Source of the DNA: Paraspadella gotoi
Lineage: Eukaryota; Animalia; Chaetognatha
NCBI GenBank assembly: GCA_051294375.1
Contig: CM119268.1
Coordinates: forward strand, 21,139,869-21,203,868
DNA length: 64,000 nt
Reading direction: 5' to 3'
Shown here: piece after piece, positions 25,177-39,506 of the stretch
Position numbering within the stretch: the first letter of the stretch is position 1
How the letters are laid out: each line of letters begins with the position of its first letter
Notes under the pieces: generated by a model
The model's database searches: none
What the model was told of the DNA's origin: nothing
What the model saw: the letters and a program-made list of their open reading frames with translations, nothing else
Program-made: the position numbers and the translations under genes

Positions 25177-27036
25177 TTCGTCGTCGTCGTCGTCGTCGTC
25201 TTTGGCTTCATCGTCTCCGTTAATCTCGTCAAGCGACGTACATGGAATGTTAACTGCGAGAAAAATAGTTTTGAACGATGGCTTATAGCAGGAAATGGAG
25301 AAGGGATCAAGAAAATGAGGTTGGGATAGAGAAAGAAAAACAAGCAAACGATAATTATGCCTAAACACTATTAAGAAAAAAAAAGAAAAGAGAAAAAAAT
25401 TCAAAAAAACTTAATGATAAAAGTAGAAAAATGATTTTATAAAAAAAAGAAAGGTAAGAGAAAGAATAGGTGATAGAAATAGGCAATAAAAATAAGAAAA
25501 AAAAGTATATTAAAATATTTAATGAATTATCTTCATTAAAAAACTTAAGAAAAGGTTTATAGTTGTAGTATAGTAGTATAGTATAGTGAATACCCATTAA
25601 ACTAAAGAAAAGGTTGTGAAAATTTTGAAAATATTTTTAAAGTGTGTAAAGGAAAGAAATTTATACAAAGAAAGAAAAAAAAAGAGATTTGAAAGAAGAA
25701 GAGTAGAAGGAGGAGGAGGAGGAGAAGGAGAAATATGAGGAGGAGAAAGATGAGGAGGAAGAGAATGAGGAGGAAGATGATTTTGCGTCGCATAAAGATT
25801 TTTTTTCTTATTTACAAAAGGCGACCCCGATCATCAAATCGTCATCAAAGATGAGAGAAGGAAAAACAAGGACGAAAGAATTCTCTTCAACCAACCATTA
25901 AGAAAAAAAGGGCAAAAAGCTTGGATGATTTGGAAAGCAACGAGGTTAAAAATTGACATTTAGTGAAAAATTCATCAAATGCATTAGCCGATATCTGGAA
26001 CCTTTGCAAATTGTTATAATATGTGTTTATGATTTATAAATCAGTACTAAGGCAGAAAGCTAAGCATGGTGCCCTTAAAATTTCTAGAGAAAAAACTAAT
26101 TGTTATATATTTGACAATGAACACGTAGTGATAAGGAAATGAGCCAAGCTTATGTCTCTGTGATACCAAGCAGTGATAATTTATAGTGAAAGGACATTGT
26201 GTAATAGACAATCTGCAATAGAGAAAACTATTTGTTAAAGTAGTGAAACAAGCCCATGTTTTGAATCCATAATTATGGCGTCACGACAATCTGAAATAAA
26301 GAAAACTCTGTTACAAGGATGGGTGCGGAGAGCGGATCCTCACTCGCAACGGATTCCGTGAAGCGACGACTGCGAAGACCATAATTGCAGTTTATTGTCT
26401 CGTCTCGCGTTTGTTTTCGCGCGTAAATCTCACTTTTCTTTGTCTCTTCGTCTTTCCCCTACTTTTTTCTTTTTTCTTTTTTCTTTTTCGTCTAGATTTT
26501 TCTTTATCTTTCGATATTTTTTCTTTTTTTTTATTTCACTTTTGGGTTATATATTTTTCACGTTTATCAGTGACAATATCTTTTTGAGTGGGAAGTGATT
26601 GACAGTGAATGACATACGAAGCAACGGATGAAGAAACGACAGAAGAAAAAAAGTAAACGAACGAGAAAACAAACGAACAAAACAAACGAACAAACTTAAG
26701 AACGTCTCTTCTGTCAAATAACGACAAAGATATATTGTTTTCCCGGAAAAAAAAGAAAGAAAATAAGAAAAATAAAAAGAGGAAAAAGGAAGTGAAGAAA
26801 AAGAAAGACGGAAAGAAAAATGTGAGAAAGAAAAAGGGAAGAAAAAGAAAAAGAAAGAAAGAAAGATAGACAGATAGAAGAACGGACAAGGCTTGGCCCA
26901 GATTTTTTTGCGCCCGAAAATGGCGGTTGAGCCGAAAGCTCTTCTGTCTTCGCAGCCATAAAGGGCAATTTAAGGGGAGAGAGACGCGACAGCTCGCGAC
27001 CCGAACACAACTCACGCAGTAATGAAAACAACGGAC

Positions 27037-27067
<31 letters not shown>

Positions 27068-27763
27068 GAGAGAGAGAGAGAGGAGAGAGAGAAGAGAGAG
27101 AAGAGAATGAGAGAGAGAGAGAGAGACAGGAGAGAAGAGAGAGAGAGAGAGATGGCCACTGGAGAGTTTTCTTTCACAACACATTTTACCAAATGAAAAA
27201 CTGCATAATCCTTATACATATGAAACGATTTAAAATTTCAGTCATATCATATCGAAAAAGTGTCTATCTATCTGAATGACTAGGCGGTCAGATCATCTTC
27301 AATATTTCATAAATTGAAATAAACGATTTAATTGGAATTAAAATGAAAATCATTTTCCTTTTTTCGTTTTTATTTCGAGAAAAAAAATCTTAAATTCTCG
27401 AGCGACGAACGGAGAAAATTCAGAAGTCATTGTTTTTTGTTTTGTTTTGTTTTTTGTTTCTGTTTTCTGTGATGTCATTTTTTCTGGTTTTTTTATGTTG
27501 GTCTTCTTTTGTCTAGTTTTTTTTTAAAATTTAGGTCTTGTCAAGCTTAAAGCCCCAAGCATTTGTTTTGAATATACACACATACATAAAAATGTTTCAT
27601 TTCTTATTTCTTGCTTTATTTGCAAAACATGTGTAGCATAAAAATTCTACGAATCTCTCCAGCGAGATTACATTCTGCGATTCTTTTGCCTAATTAGCGA
27701 AGAAAAAATGAAAACTTTAGAAATTCCTAATTAGTAGAATTAAGCAAAATTACAATTATGTAA

Positions 27764-27891
<128 letters not shown>

Positions 27892-28257
27892 TCTAGTCGT
27901 CGAGTACATTTTTGTTGTTGTTGTAGTAATCATTTTTGTCATCATCCGTGCCATAATTTTCCTACTCTTCGTCTCTCTTCTTCCTCCTCTTCCTCAACCT
28001 CCTCCTCCTCCCCCTCTTCCTCCTCTTCCTCCTCTTCCTTCATCAAATCATTTTTCAAGATTCTTCTTCTCGTCATTCTTTTAGAGTGTTTCGTCGTCAT
28101 CGTCGTCGTCTTTATCGTCGTCGTCATCGTCGTCGTCATCTTTGTTCGTCAATGTCATTATCGTCGTCTTCCACTTCGTTGTCATCGTCATTGCCGTCGT
28201 CGTCGTTATCCTTGTTGTTGTTATGATCGTCGTCGTTTTCGTTGTTAAACTCATCAA

Positions 28258-28303
<46 letters not shown>

Positions 28304-28388
28304 TTCAACGCCGTCAAGAGACGTTGTTTGGAATCGATGACACCGAAAAAGAATTGCGTCACAACACCGACACCCGACTCAGCAGCAA

Positions 28389-28424
<36 letters not shown>

Positions 28425-29829
28425 GCCGCCGACATTGACAACGACGACGAAAAGAACGACGACGAAGACGACGACAAAGACGACGACTGCGTCGTAAACA
28501 ATTCTGATTCTAACCCCGACTTAACCAAGTGAAACATCGAGAGCGAAGATATTTAAATATCATCTCCAAAGGGCAACGAGTATTATTATACAGATGGTTA
28601 TTTTATAAAATTAGTACAACCTATATAACATTATCCATTCGTTAGTTAAATAATATACATATGTATATATAATATTATATATATATAAATTTTGCCACTT
28701 GACTTTGGACAGTCCTCCATCCCTCTTCCAAGATAACAACAAAGCAAGAACCTGCAAGCTTTCCATCAAGACACTCACAGTATAGATTTAGTCCCAGAGC
28801 CCCTGGCTTCCCCATCAATAAAATGGTATAATGTTTATAATTCACTTTGTCGGTCCGTCGATTCAACCACAAAAGCTTGTCGGTAAATAAAAAAAAGAGA
28901 GAAAGAAAGACATACATCTGATTAACTGCTTACCGCTAAATTATCGTGTGCAGATCTGACATTGTTTGCTCAAACTTGTTATGAACTGATTCAATTGTTA
29001 TAAAAGGACGATGTAGCCTTGAAATCGTTTCAATGACAACGACGACGACGACGACAAAAAACTCAATCAAGTCGTCGTTCAACGTCAACAACGACAACGA
29101 TAACAATGACAACAACAACAACGACAACAACAACAACAACAACGACCGCGTTTCTACGGATTAACTTTTTTTCTTCTCGCGGTTGATTTGTTTCCAATTT
29201 TCCGCAACTTTTATTGGGTCGTTTGATCAGTCGGTCAGTCGGTTTGTCTGTCAGTTAGTCCGTCTCACGCTAAAAAAAAACAATGAAAAACAAGAAATGA
29301 TGCTGGGGACAATAAAATTGATGGGGCTGTTGTTTTCGCCAAAACATGCTTTAGTTTCGGTTATTTCTGTGATTTGTTAAACAATATGGGTTTGTGTGAA
29401 TGCGTGGCTCAGGTCTATTGTGTTTAAGTATTCTGCGTAGAGGTCACAAATTGAATCGGATTGAGTAGTAATAATTAACTTGTGAGGAAAATTAGGCTGA
29501 AATGACATTAGAGGATTATAGTAAAACTCCGTAGTAATTAATAAGTTTAGATATTTAACCAATAACTCGTATTAGCTTAGCTGACTCTGTCTCTCTTTAA
29601 GAACAACATAAATAATTTTATGACAATTTTTTTTTCAAATGAAACGTTTTGGGTCAACGAGACCAACTGGTTAATCAAATCGGACCAGAGATGACTTTTC
29701 TGGCCGATGAAGCTTGGGTCAACCCTGGGCTTTTTTATTCGTCGCCATCTATTGGAGACTCAACTGGAATTTCAATGCGGCCTTTGCATGACAAAAGAGC
29801 ATCCTCCCCTTTTTTTACTCACTCTCGCT

Positions 29830-29939
<110 letters not shown>

Positions 29940-30202
29940 CAATCTTCTTTTTTTCCCAAAGCTTGGGTAGTTTTTTGGTGGCAATTTTTTAGCCTTTGAA
30001 GCCGAGGAAAACATTGACCTCCGCGGCCTCTGAGTGAAAAAGAAAAGAAAAGAAAGGAAAAGAAAAGAAAAAGTAAAGAAAAGTTGAAAAAAAAAGAAAA
30101 AAAATAAGAGCCGCCTTTTGCTCAAAAGAGAAATTCTCTTTTCAAATGCTGATTAGTTTTAAAAACAGTTTTTTTTCCGATCTCTCCTCTTATTTTCTTT
30201 CT

Positions 30203-30282
<80 letters not shown>

Positions 30283-30609
30283 CTCTTTCTCTCCTAAAAA
30301 AATTTATCATTCATCTCTCTCAGATATATATGTTCTCTCTCTCTCTCTCTCTCTCTCCTCTCTCTTCTCTCTCTATTCTTCTCTCTCCTTTTTCTCTCGC
30401 TAACTTTCCCTCTCTTCTCTTCTCTCAGATATATATTTTCCTCTCTCTCTCTATCACTGTTTTCAAATTTTCAAAAGACGTTTTCTGTGTAGAAAAGGTT
30501 AGTTTTTAATAAAAGATGGATGAAGGAATAAGTTGGACCAAAAAAAAGAGAGCGTGAGATAACTTATAATGTAGAGAGAGAGAGAAAGAGAGAGATGAGA
30601 GAGAGAGAG

Positions 30610-30677
<68 letters not shown>

Positions 30678-31076
30678 AAAGAGAGAGAGTTCTTTCATTA
30701 TCTAAGACGAATCTTGTTTGTTTCTCTTTCTCTTCCTCGTGGAAATGAAGCTTGAAGCCGAAATCTTCGGTGGAGTCATCCATCTTTTTCTGATCTGAAA
30801 ATGTCATTCGATATTACCCCCTCTCTCTCTCTCTCTCTCTCTCTCTTACTCTCTCTATCTCTCTCTCTCTCTCTCTCTCACTCTCTCTCTTTCTCACTCT
30901 CTCTTTCTCTCTCTCTCTCTCTCCCTCTTTCTCACTCTCTCTTCCTCATTTCCCTCATTCCATTTCGTTACAAATTGCTTCTCTCTTACAACGAAATTCT
31001 TTGACTCCTTCTCTCCCTCTTCGTTTCTTTTCAACTCAACGTCATCATCACCAATGTCATCATCATCATCATCATT

Positions 31077-31126
<50 letters not shown>

Positions 31127-31819
31127 CAACATCATCATCATCATCATCATCATCATACTCATCATCATCATCATACTCATCATCATCGTCAACAACAATA
31201 TCATAATAAATAACAATCCTTCAATTTCAAATACTTTTCACTTATGGAAAAAGTATTTTAATTCATTTTTTAGCAAATGAATATTATATTCTGGTCCTAC
31301 TATGTCTCTTTTCCCTTTTTTCGTGATAATTAGTTTTCTTCCAAGTCCCACTTTTTTTTCCTAATTTCCAATTATTACTTTCTCCCTTTTCTTTCTTTAT
31401 CACAGAGACCCATTATTGCCCAAGATTCACACATTGGTTTCTGCTTCCGAGTATTTTGTTAGTCGTCGTCGTCGTTTTCCAAATCGTCGTAGTTGTTGTT
31501 GTTGTCGTTGTTGTGGTTCGTTTGTTGTCTTTTTTAATTCGTTTTATTTCCGTCGTTTTAAGCTTCACCTTTTGTCGCTTCAAATTTAATTTTATTAATC
31601 TTTATTTAAATTCATTTTCCTTTTTATATTTTCCTATTATTATTTTCCTTATGTACAGTGTACACTTTGAACATTGTACAGTGTATACATTGTACACTGT
31701 TGTTCTTTTCGTTTTTCTTTTCTTCATCTTTCTCTTTCTTTATTCTTCTTTTTCTTCTTTCAACGTCATCTTTTTTTGTTTATTTTAATCTTATTTTTAT
31801 ATTATTTTATTGTCATCTT

Positions 31820-32310
31820 CATTCTCTTCTCTCATTGTCCTCATCATCCTCTTCTCTTATTGTCCTCTTTATCCTCCTCTCTTATTGTCCTCTTCATCCA
31901 CTTCTCTCATTGTCCTCATCATCCTCTTCTCTCATTGTCCTCTTCATCATCTTCTCTCATTGTCCTGTGGATAAGGCGCTAAGTGGGGCTGAAGAGTGCT
32001 ATCCATAACTTCTTTAACCCCCTCTAGCAGCCATGGAACGGGTCCTGGGCTTGGAACCAGGCTTGAGGGTTTTCTACGCCCCCAAGGTGGCTTACGGCTA
32101 TCCTCAGGTTGGCAATGAACCCGGTACCTAGTGTTCATGAGCTGATGGCTTTACTCAATGAGCCACTGGGTCATGACTGAAGGTGTCATGCCAATAGGCG
32201 GGGTGAACTTATGCAATGCCCGACTACAGTCCTCATCATCCTCTTCTCTCATTGTCCTCATCATCCTCTTCTTTCATTGTCCTCTTTATCCTCTTCTCTC
32301 ATTGTCCTCT
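31820..32310. repeat. 25-bp minisatellite (CTCTCATTGTCCTC(A/T)TCATCCTCTT) interrupted by a solo LTR
   Basis: The period-25 units continue on both sides of the insertion at 31966-32228. Confidence 0.85.
31966..32228 (-). mobile_element. Solo LTR of a tRNA-containing TRIM-like family with a perfect 4-bp TSD (GTCC)
   Basis: Reads gtcc|TGTGGATAAGGCG ... CCCGACTACA|gtcc, giving TG...CA termini. It is the reverse complement of 51396-51678 with a ~20-bp internal deletion. Confidence 0.85.
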
Positions 32311-32539
32311 TCATTTTCGTCTTCCGTTGTTGTCGTCTTCATAGTAAACAGTTGAAGTCATGAGGCGTCGTCAAGGCGCGACCGGAACTGGTTTTTTTAT
32401 GAGGGCGTGGAGAAGGCGAAGGGAAACGCGATAGCGGTTCACTGTCAAGTTTTAATAAAAGTTATTACTCAACCGTTTAAAAATATGATAATATTAGTAT
32501 CATCGAAGATGGAATCAGACCCAGAAACAGAATCGGATC

Positions 32540-32788
32540 TGTGACTCGCTCATTGGATGAATCACTATTGGAATGGACCAATGAGAAGAGGGGCTTCATG
32601 CCATCGAAAAAATAAACCTCAGTCAATAATCCGATTAACCTGTATAAATACTGCCCATTTTTGTATTGATTCCATCTGTCTCAAATTCTCACACTGTCTT
32701 GCTTATCTTCTATCTGAGAATAAAATCCACTTTGGTTTCATGTTGAAATCTCTATCTACTTACTTAAATGTGGTGACAGGAGTAGAAT
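32540..32788 (+). mobile_element. Degenerate LTR followed by a tRNA-Leu-like primer-binding site (Gypsy-like remnant)
   Basis: A TG start is followed in LTR order by CCAAT, TATAAAT and AATAAA. Next comes TGGTGACAGGAGTAGAAT (32771-32788), a 15/18 match to the tRNA-Leu PBS TGGTGTCAGGAGTGGGAT. The terminal CA is not intact. Confidence 0.5.
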
Positions 32789-33551
32789 CGACAAACCACG
32801 ACTCCAACCAAAAGAAACAAAGCCTTGCCACTACGACCACACCTTTCAAGAAGATGGACCTCACTGTCAGAAGAAAAAGGACTAAATTATTTTTAGTTCA
32901 ACATTTTATTAAAACGCATATCAGATTTAATTTTTTTTATTGTTGGATTTAAGATTAGAACAGGAAGATTTTATTTAAATATTTATATTTTTTTATTTTA
33001 AAAATAAAATTGTTTTAAAATTTATTTTAAAAATAATACCATTAAAATAATTAAAATATATAAGATCTTCTTCCGCTGAACGCGGTTTTCGAATCAAAGC
33101 TGAGCCACTGGCTTTACCCGCCTAACTTTCTCCTTTCGCCATTCCCGATGTTTGACGATGTTCTCTTCCGTTTATTTGTAATCTCCTTTCTCTCTCTCTC
33201 TCTCTCTCTCNNNNNNNNNNNNNNNNNNNNNNNNNAAAAAGAGAGAGATCCACGCGTTTAAAGTAGGACCGACAAAAAACGATGAATGAGATTGAGAAGT
33301 GCAAAAAAAAGGAAAAAAATAATTAAAAGAAGAAAAAATGAATCACTGTAAAACTCTAAACTTACTTTCCTTCTTCTTCACCTTCGTATCATCTTCCTTA
33401 CTTTTTATCTAAACTTTTCTTCATTTTTTTAGAATTCGAAAATATCGATCGATGCCAATTAAAAAGTCAACAGAAATCTCGTTGTCGCAAAAGGGATGGG
33501 ATGAGAGGGGGAGAGAGATTGCCGAGAACAGATCGAAGACAAAAAACAGCG

Positions 33552-33625
<74 letters not shown>

Positions 33626-34020
33626 AAAGGCGTCAAAAATAACGAAAAAAAGGTTCTAAAAGCAAACAATCCAAGCATAAAAAGAAAGAAAAAATCCGCA
33701 TTGGTTAGGGACGCGGAAAAGCGCTGATAAATGAAATTCGAATAACGAGTGAGTGTGGCGAGTGCGAAAGACAGACAGAGACGAGAGACATACAGAAAGG
33801 AGAGATGGAATTTTTGAATGAAATAGCGCGGCGCAAAGCAGTCTCTCTATTTTTTTATACTGTCTGATTTTCATTCGTTGTTGTTGAATGAGTTTTTTCA
33901 ATTTTATTTCCCTCTTTCTTTTTAACATTTTTAAATTTTTAATTTTAGTTATTTTCTTAAAATCTGTTTTCTCCCTTCCTGTTTTTCACTTTTTATACCC
34001 TTTTCTTCTTCTCTCCTCTT

Positions 34021-34053
<33 letters not shown>

Positions 34054-34692
34054 GCTCTCCTCTCTCCTCTCCTCTCTCTCCTTTCTCTCTTTGTATTTGC
34101 CTATTTTCTCGCCTTTTCTCTTTTTTCATATTTTCTCTCGTTCATCTCATCTTCATTCGAACGAACGAAATCGAATTGAAATGTCACATGACTAACGCAT
34201 CAGGGCATTAAATTATTTCAAAAGGGTAGTCGCGGCAAAGTATCTCTCTCTTTATCTGTGTCATTAAATCTTTCTTTTTATTCATTTTAACCATTTTCAA
34301 TAATTTTTTAATTTATCATTTTAATACAATTCCTGGCATCGTTTCAAGAATGGATGGTCTCAATGGTCTTTGTTCCATTGAAGTTTAAACAGGGGACGCA
34401 GTAATCATTCATAAACGTTCTTTATTTTGCGATCAATAAGGCAATGTTTTGTATTTAGTAAAATATTACCAATTTTTTTAACATTTAAAAAACTTTTAAT
34501 GCTCTTCAATGTCTATCCATGTCACTCAAAACCGAAGTCAATAACAAGCCTACCACTAAATTTTAAACCCTATAACCCAACTTGTAAAAACTCTTGACTT
34601 TCTAGCTCCACTAATAAAAAAACCACTGTTATTCTTATCTCATTGTGTTTTTGTGCAGAAGCAATCAAAAAGCTTTTCCATTTTTCCTTTCT

Positions 34693-34777
<85 letters not shown>

Positions 34778-37019
34778 CTTTCGCGAGCACACCCGTCATG
34801 TTTGAGAAGCATGTCGGACTCGTATTTCGTTTTATCCTCCGTCGTTCGACCGATCTGAGCGGAAAGGGCGCGGGTCCAACGTGGCCCAGGTTTTTAGCTC
34901 GTAAGATGATGGACCGCGTTGGCAGGCGTTCGAATCTGTGAAAACGTTAAAATATTTTCATTTCGTATTGGACGATGATAATTGCAAATTCGCTCGGTTT
35001 CTTTCCATTTTCTTTGAAATATTCCTTTAATTTCTTTAAAAATGTATTGTTGTGTCAAATCTTTCTTTCCGTTTTAAATAAAATTTAAATGATAAAATCG
35101 TTTAATTATTTGCTAACTAATCTTTCCCGATATTTAAAAACCAAAACAAATTACATGTAAAAATTCCCAATTTAGTTTTACACTTCTTCGTTAAAAATAT
35201 TGAGAGACCAAAAAACAACCAGCGAGAAACGCTAAAACTCAAGGCAAAACGAAACCTGACAACGACCGACAACGACGACAACGGGACGACGACAAACGCA
35301 TTGTCGAACGATAAAGAAAACAGTCTTGGTCACAGAACCAAAAATAATCCCAACCTTCTCGTTTTGCTATCTTTTATTCGCAGAAGCAATGAAAAAAAGG
35401 CAAAATAACAACAGGAAAACAGAAAAAATAAAGGAAAAAGAAAAAAAATAGAAAAAAGTTATTGAAACCCTTAAGTTATCGCTGAAGCTTCTGCCAACAT
35501 CTTTCTTTTTGCCGCAAATTCTGACAGAATCAATGGCGCAATTGCAGTTCAAGTGTTAGAAATTGATTCAACGAAAAAAGTCATTTCTTATTAAATTGCA
35601 AAAAATCGTTTAGACTTGGCAAATAATATTAGCTCTTATTCTTCCCAGAACGCCCCATTTCATCTTTAAAATAATTTATTTTTTAGTTTAAAAGATTGAG
35701 TTTGGAAGTTAGGCACGTTAGGGATTAGGTTAGTGATTATGGTTAGGGATTAGGTTAGTGATTAAGGTTAGGGAAGTATGATTTAAGGTTAGATTGTCCA
35801 TGATTAAGGTTAGGGATTAGGTTAGTGATTAAGGTTAGGGTTGGTTATATTAAGGTTGAATAGTAGTAATTAAGGTTAGCGGGAATTAGGTTCAGTGATT
35901 AAGGTTTAGAGATTTGGTTAGTTGATTGTTAAAGGTTAAGGTTAAAAAGTAAAGGTTAATGCTTAAAAACTATGGTCATCAGGCGTTTTAAGTCTAGATT
36001 AGGCTTAGGAATTTAAGCTTAGCAGAATTAGGTCATAAGCTTTGATACATATATTTTAAGGTAAAATATTTAAAGTTAAAAATTGCACATAAAAAAAAAA
36101 TAAGGCACTCTGGGCAAAAAGAGCAGCCGAAATATCTAATACTGTTTCAGCTTTTGATAATCATAGCGTCACACGCTTCGCTGGGTCCTTTGCGAAAACT
36201 CGAAGCAAAAAAAGAGAACCGATTCCCATCTTGAGGTTGAGCGAAGTAAGTCAAAGCGGAAAGAGAAAAGGTAGAATAAAAACAATGGAACGAGCAGCCT
36301 AATAATGTAAAAATTGTCTAAAATAAGAAACTGCGGAAGAAAGAGGAAAACGACAACGTACAACTATTTCTTTTTCCTCTACTTCGATTAACTTCAAAAG
36401 GAGGAAGAGAAAGAGAAAGAGAGAGAAAAAGCGATAGGAAGAAGGGGACAATGGATAAAGCAATAAAAGAAAGTTTTCCATCATTTCTAATATTTACTAA
36501 ATAAAAAAAAACTATTTTATTCTGGGATGTCTCTTTTTTAAACGTCCACGCACTTCAATAGTGTACTTTATGTTTGTCCCCGTCTCATGTCTCTGTCTCT
36601 GCTCTCTCTCTCTCTCGTCCCTTCCCTTTCTACATCTCAATTGCCCTTGAAAACAACTTTTTCCATTTTCTTTATAAATGATAAGAATCGAATATTAATG
36701 TTGTTCTATGAGTTTTTAAAATAAAAAATAATCAATTAATAAATAATATAATAATAAATAATAACTATAATAATAAATAATATATAATAATAATAATATA
36801 ATAAAAATAATAATAATAACAACAATAATAATGTTCTTATTTAATGATTAAGCAAATCCTCCATTTTTTTTCAATTTTCTACATTTTTTTCTAAAATCTT
36901 TTACTTTTACATCTATATCATATATATCCTATACCTTAATAAAAAATTTCTCTCGCGTTCCTTGTTTAGGCTTTCCTATTTTGAATTCTTTTATTTTTAA
37001 AGTTTTTAAATGTTCTCAT

Positions 37020-37275
37020 TCTTTCTTTAAATCTCGCCTCTTTCTTGTAAATCTCCTCTTTCTTTTAAAATCTGCCTTTTTCTTTAAATCTCCTCTTCTT
37101 TAAATCTCCTCTTTCTTTAAATCTCCTCTTTCTGTTAAATCTCCTCTCTTCTTTAAATCTCCGTCTTTCTTTAACAATCCCTCTTTCTTTAATCTCCTCT
37201 TTCTTTACAATCTCCTCTTTCTTTTAAATTTCTCATCTTTCTTTAAATCTCCTCTTCTTTTAAATCTACCTCTTT
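37020..37275. repeat. 17-bp minisatellite (TTTAAATCTCCTCTTTC), mirrored at 40378-40630
   Basis: Seen directly. Confidence 0.85.
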
Positions 37276-38232
37276 CTTTCATTTTTTCTCATTTGTTTCA
37301 CAAAAATGAAACCTTTGTTTCGGGGCTTGCAGGATAATTATAGCGTCGAAAAACACAAATAAAATTCGATTTGGAAATAAACAGAATCAGAAAAATAGAA
37401 AGCAACTTTAGAATTCAAAGTTTTTATTAAAATTTAATTATTTTCTTAGTTTTTAGGCACTAGTAAAATAGCCATCTAGAATGTTGCTCTCGAGTTTAAA
37501 AAATCGTTATTTCAGACTACAACAATAATAATTAAAACGTTTAGACGGTATAATTATTTCAACGTACGCAGATATGTTTTACTCTTATCTTAGGAAATTA
37601 AAGAAACTACATTATATTTGCAGTAATATTTGTTTGAAAAAAGTATTTACATACAAAGGCATCAAATAAATATTTTAACATCTCTCAAGCTTATTATATT
37701 TCACCCTAACGTGAAACAAGTAAATAGCATATACATATAAATACGTATTTACAAATAAAAAATATTTTTTTTTTGGGGAGATAGAAAGTAGAGAAAATAT
37801 TAAGAATGAAATTTAAGCTGAATTAAAAACAAGTGAAATTAATGAAGAAAAAAAACAGACAAACACATACAAAACCACAAATGAGAGAAAAAGGAGTGAC
37901 ATTTGGTTTTATGTCATGTCATCTCATCTCAGTGAACAATGTCAGATCACCGAAAACGACGATTCACTGAAACCTATTTCCTCCTTTATGAGGTTCTTAC
38001 GCGTCACGCACTTGGACGACGACTACGACGACAACGACGACAACAACAACAACAACGAGGTGAGGGAGAAATAAAATCCTTTTTTCCCGCATTTCTTCCC
38101 CTCTGCCTTGCAGTAATAAATCCTCTTCTTTTCCTTTTTTTTCTTTTTCTAAACTGGTTTGTTTGTTTATGTTATCTTTCTTTCTTTCTTTCTTTTCTTT
38201 TTTTCTTTTCTTTCTTTTCTTTCTTTTTTTTC

Positions 38233-38284
<52 letters not shown>

Positions 38285-38799
38285 TTTACTGGCCTTCTTT
38301 CTCTCTTTGTCCTGTCTCGTTTTCTGTCAATTTTTCTTTATTACTTAGCGACTCGCTCTCTCTCTCTCTCCTCTTTCCCAGCAAGCAAAACAAAATTGCC
38401 ACCTGTGACCCGTAGGAATGGAAAAACGAATAAAGTCCCGTCGCTTCTGTAGAAGAGAAAAAAAATGGATGATTTATTTGGAGAAAAAAATAGTACTAAG
38501 AGAAAGAGGAATCTTTTATTATTACCAAATTGTTTTAGTTACAATTCTAGTTAATAAACAATAAATTGAATAAGGATTTAGTAAAGGAACCTTTTTTTTG
38601 CCGTTAGCTGCCTGGTGAAGAGAAATAAGTAATTGTAAAATTGAAGAAATTATGTAGATACAATATAAGGTAACATAGTAAGTACCACTAAATAATATAT
38701 TTGGAAACTCAAATAGCTACTATATTTTATGAAAATAACAACTAAGTCATTGACGGATAATTAAATTCGGTGACTTGACGGAATGACAAAAGAAACGAG

Positions 38800-38882
<83 letters not shown>

Positions 38883-39426
38883 CATCTCTCTCTCTCTCTC
38901 TCTCTCCCCTCGTTTCTTTTGTCATTCCGTCAAGTCACCGAATTTAATTATCCGTCAATGACTTAGTTGTTATTTTCATAAAATATAGTAGCTATTTGAG
39001 TTTCCAAATATATTATTTAGTGGTACTTACTATGTTACCTTATATTGTATCTACATAATTTCTTCAATTTTACAATTACTTATTTCTCTTCACCAGGCAG
39101 CTAACGGCAAAAAAAAGGTTCCTTCTACTAAATCCTTATTCAAGTTATATTGTTTATTAACTAGAATTGTAACTAAACAATTTGGTAATAAATAAAAGAT
39201 TCCTCTTTCTCTTAGTACTATTTTTTCTCCAAATAAATCATCCATTTTTTTCTCTCTTCTACAGAAGCGACGGGACTTTATTCGTTTTCCATTCCTAGGG
39301 TCACAGGTGGCAATTTTGTTTTGCTTGCTGGGAAAGAGAGGGAGAGAGAGAGAGCGAGTCGCTAAGTAATAAAGAAAAATTGACAGAAAACGAGACAGGG
39401 ACAAAGAGAGAAAGAAGGCCAGTAAA

Positions 39427-39506
<80 letters not shown>

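Noticed and set aside
35700-35960. True telomere or chromosome-fusion site
   Set aside because: The array is short, interstitial, has a 25-bp higher-order unit and is bounded by element-like inverted repeats. Its mirror copy arises from the fold-back.
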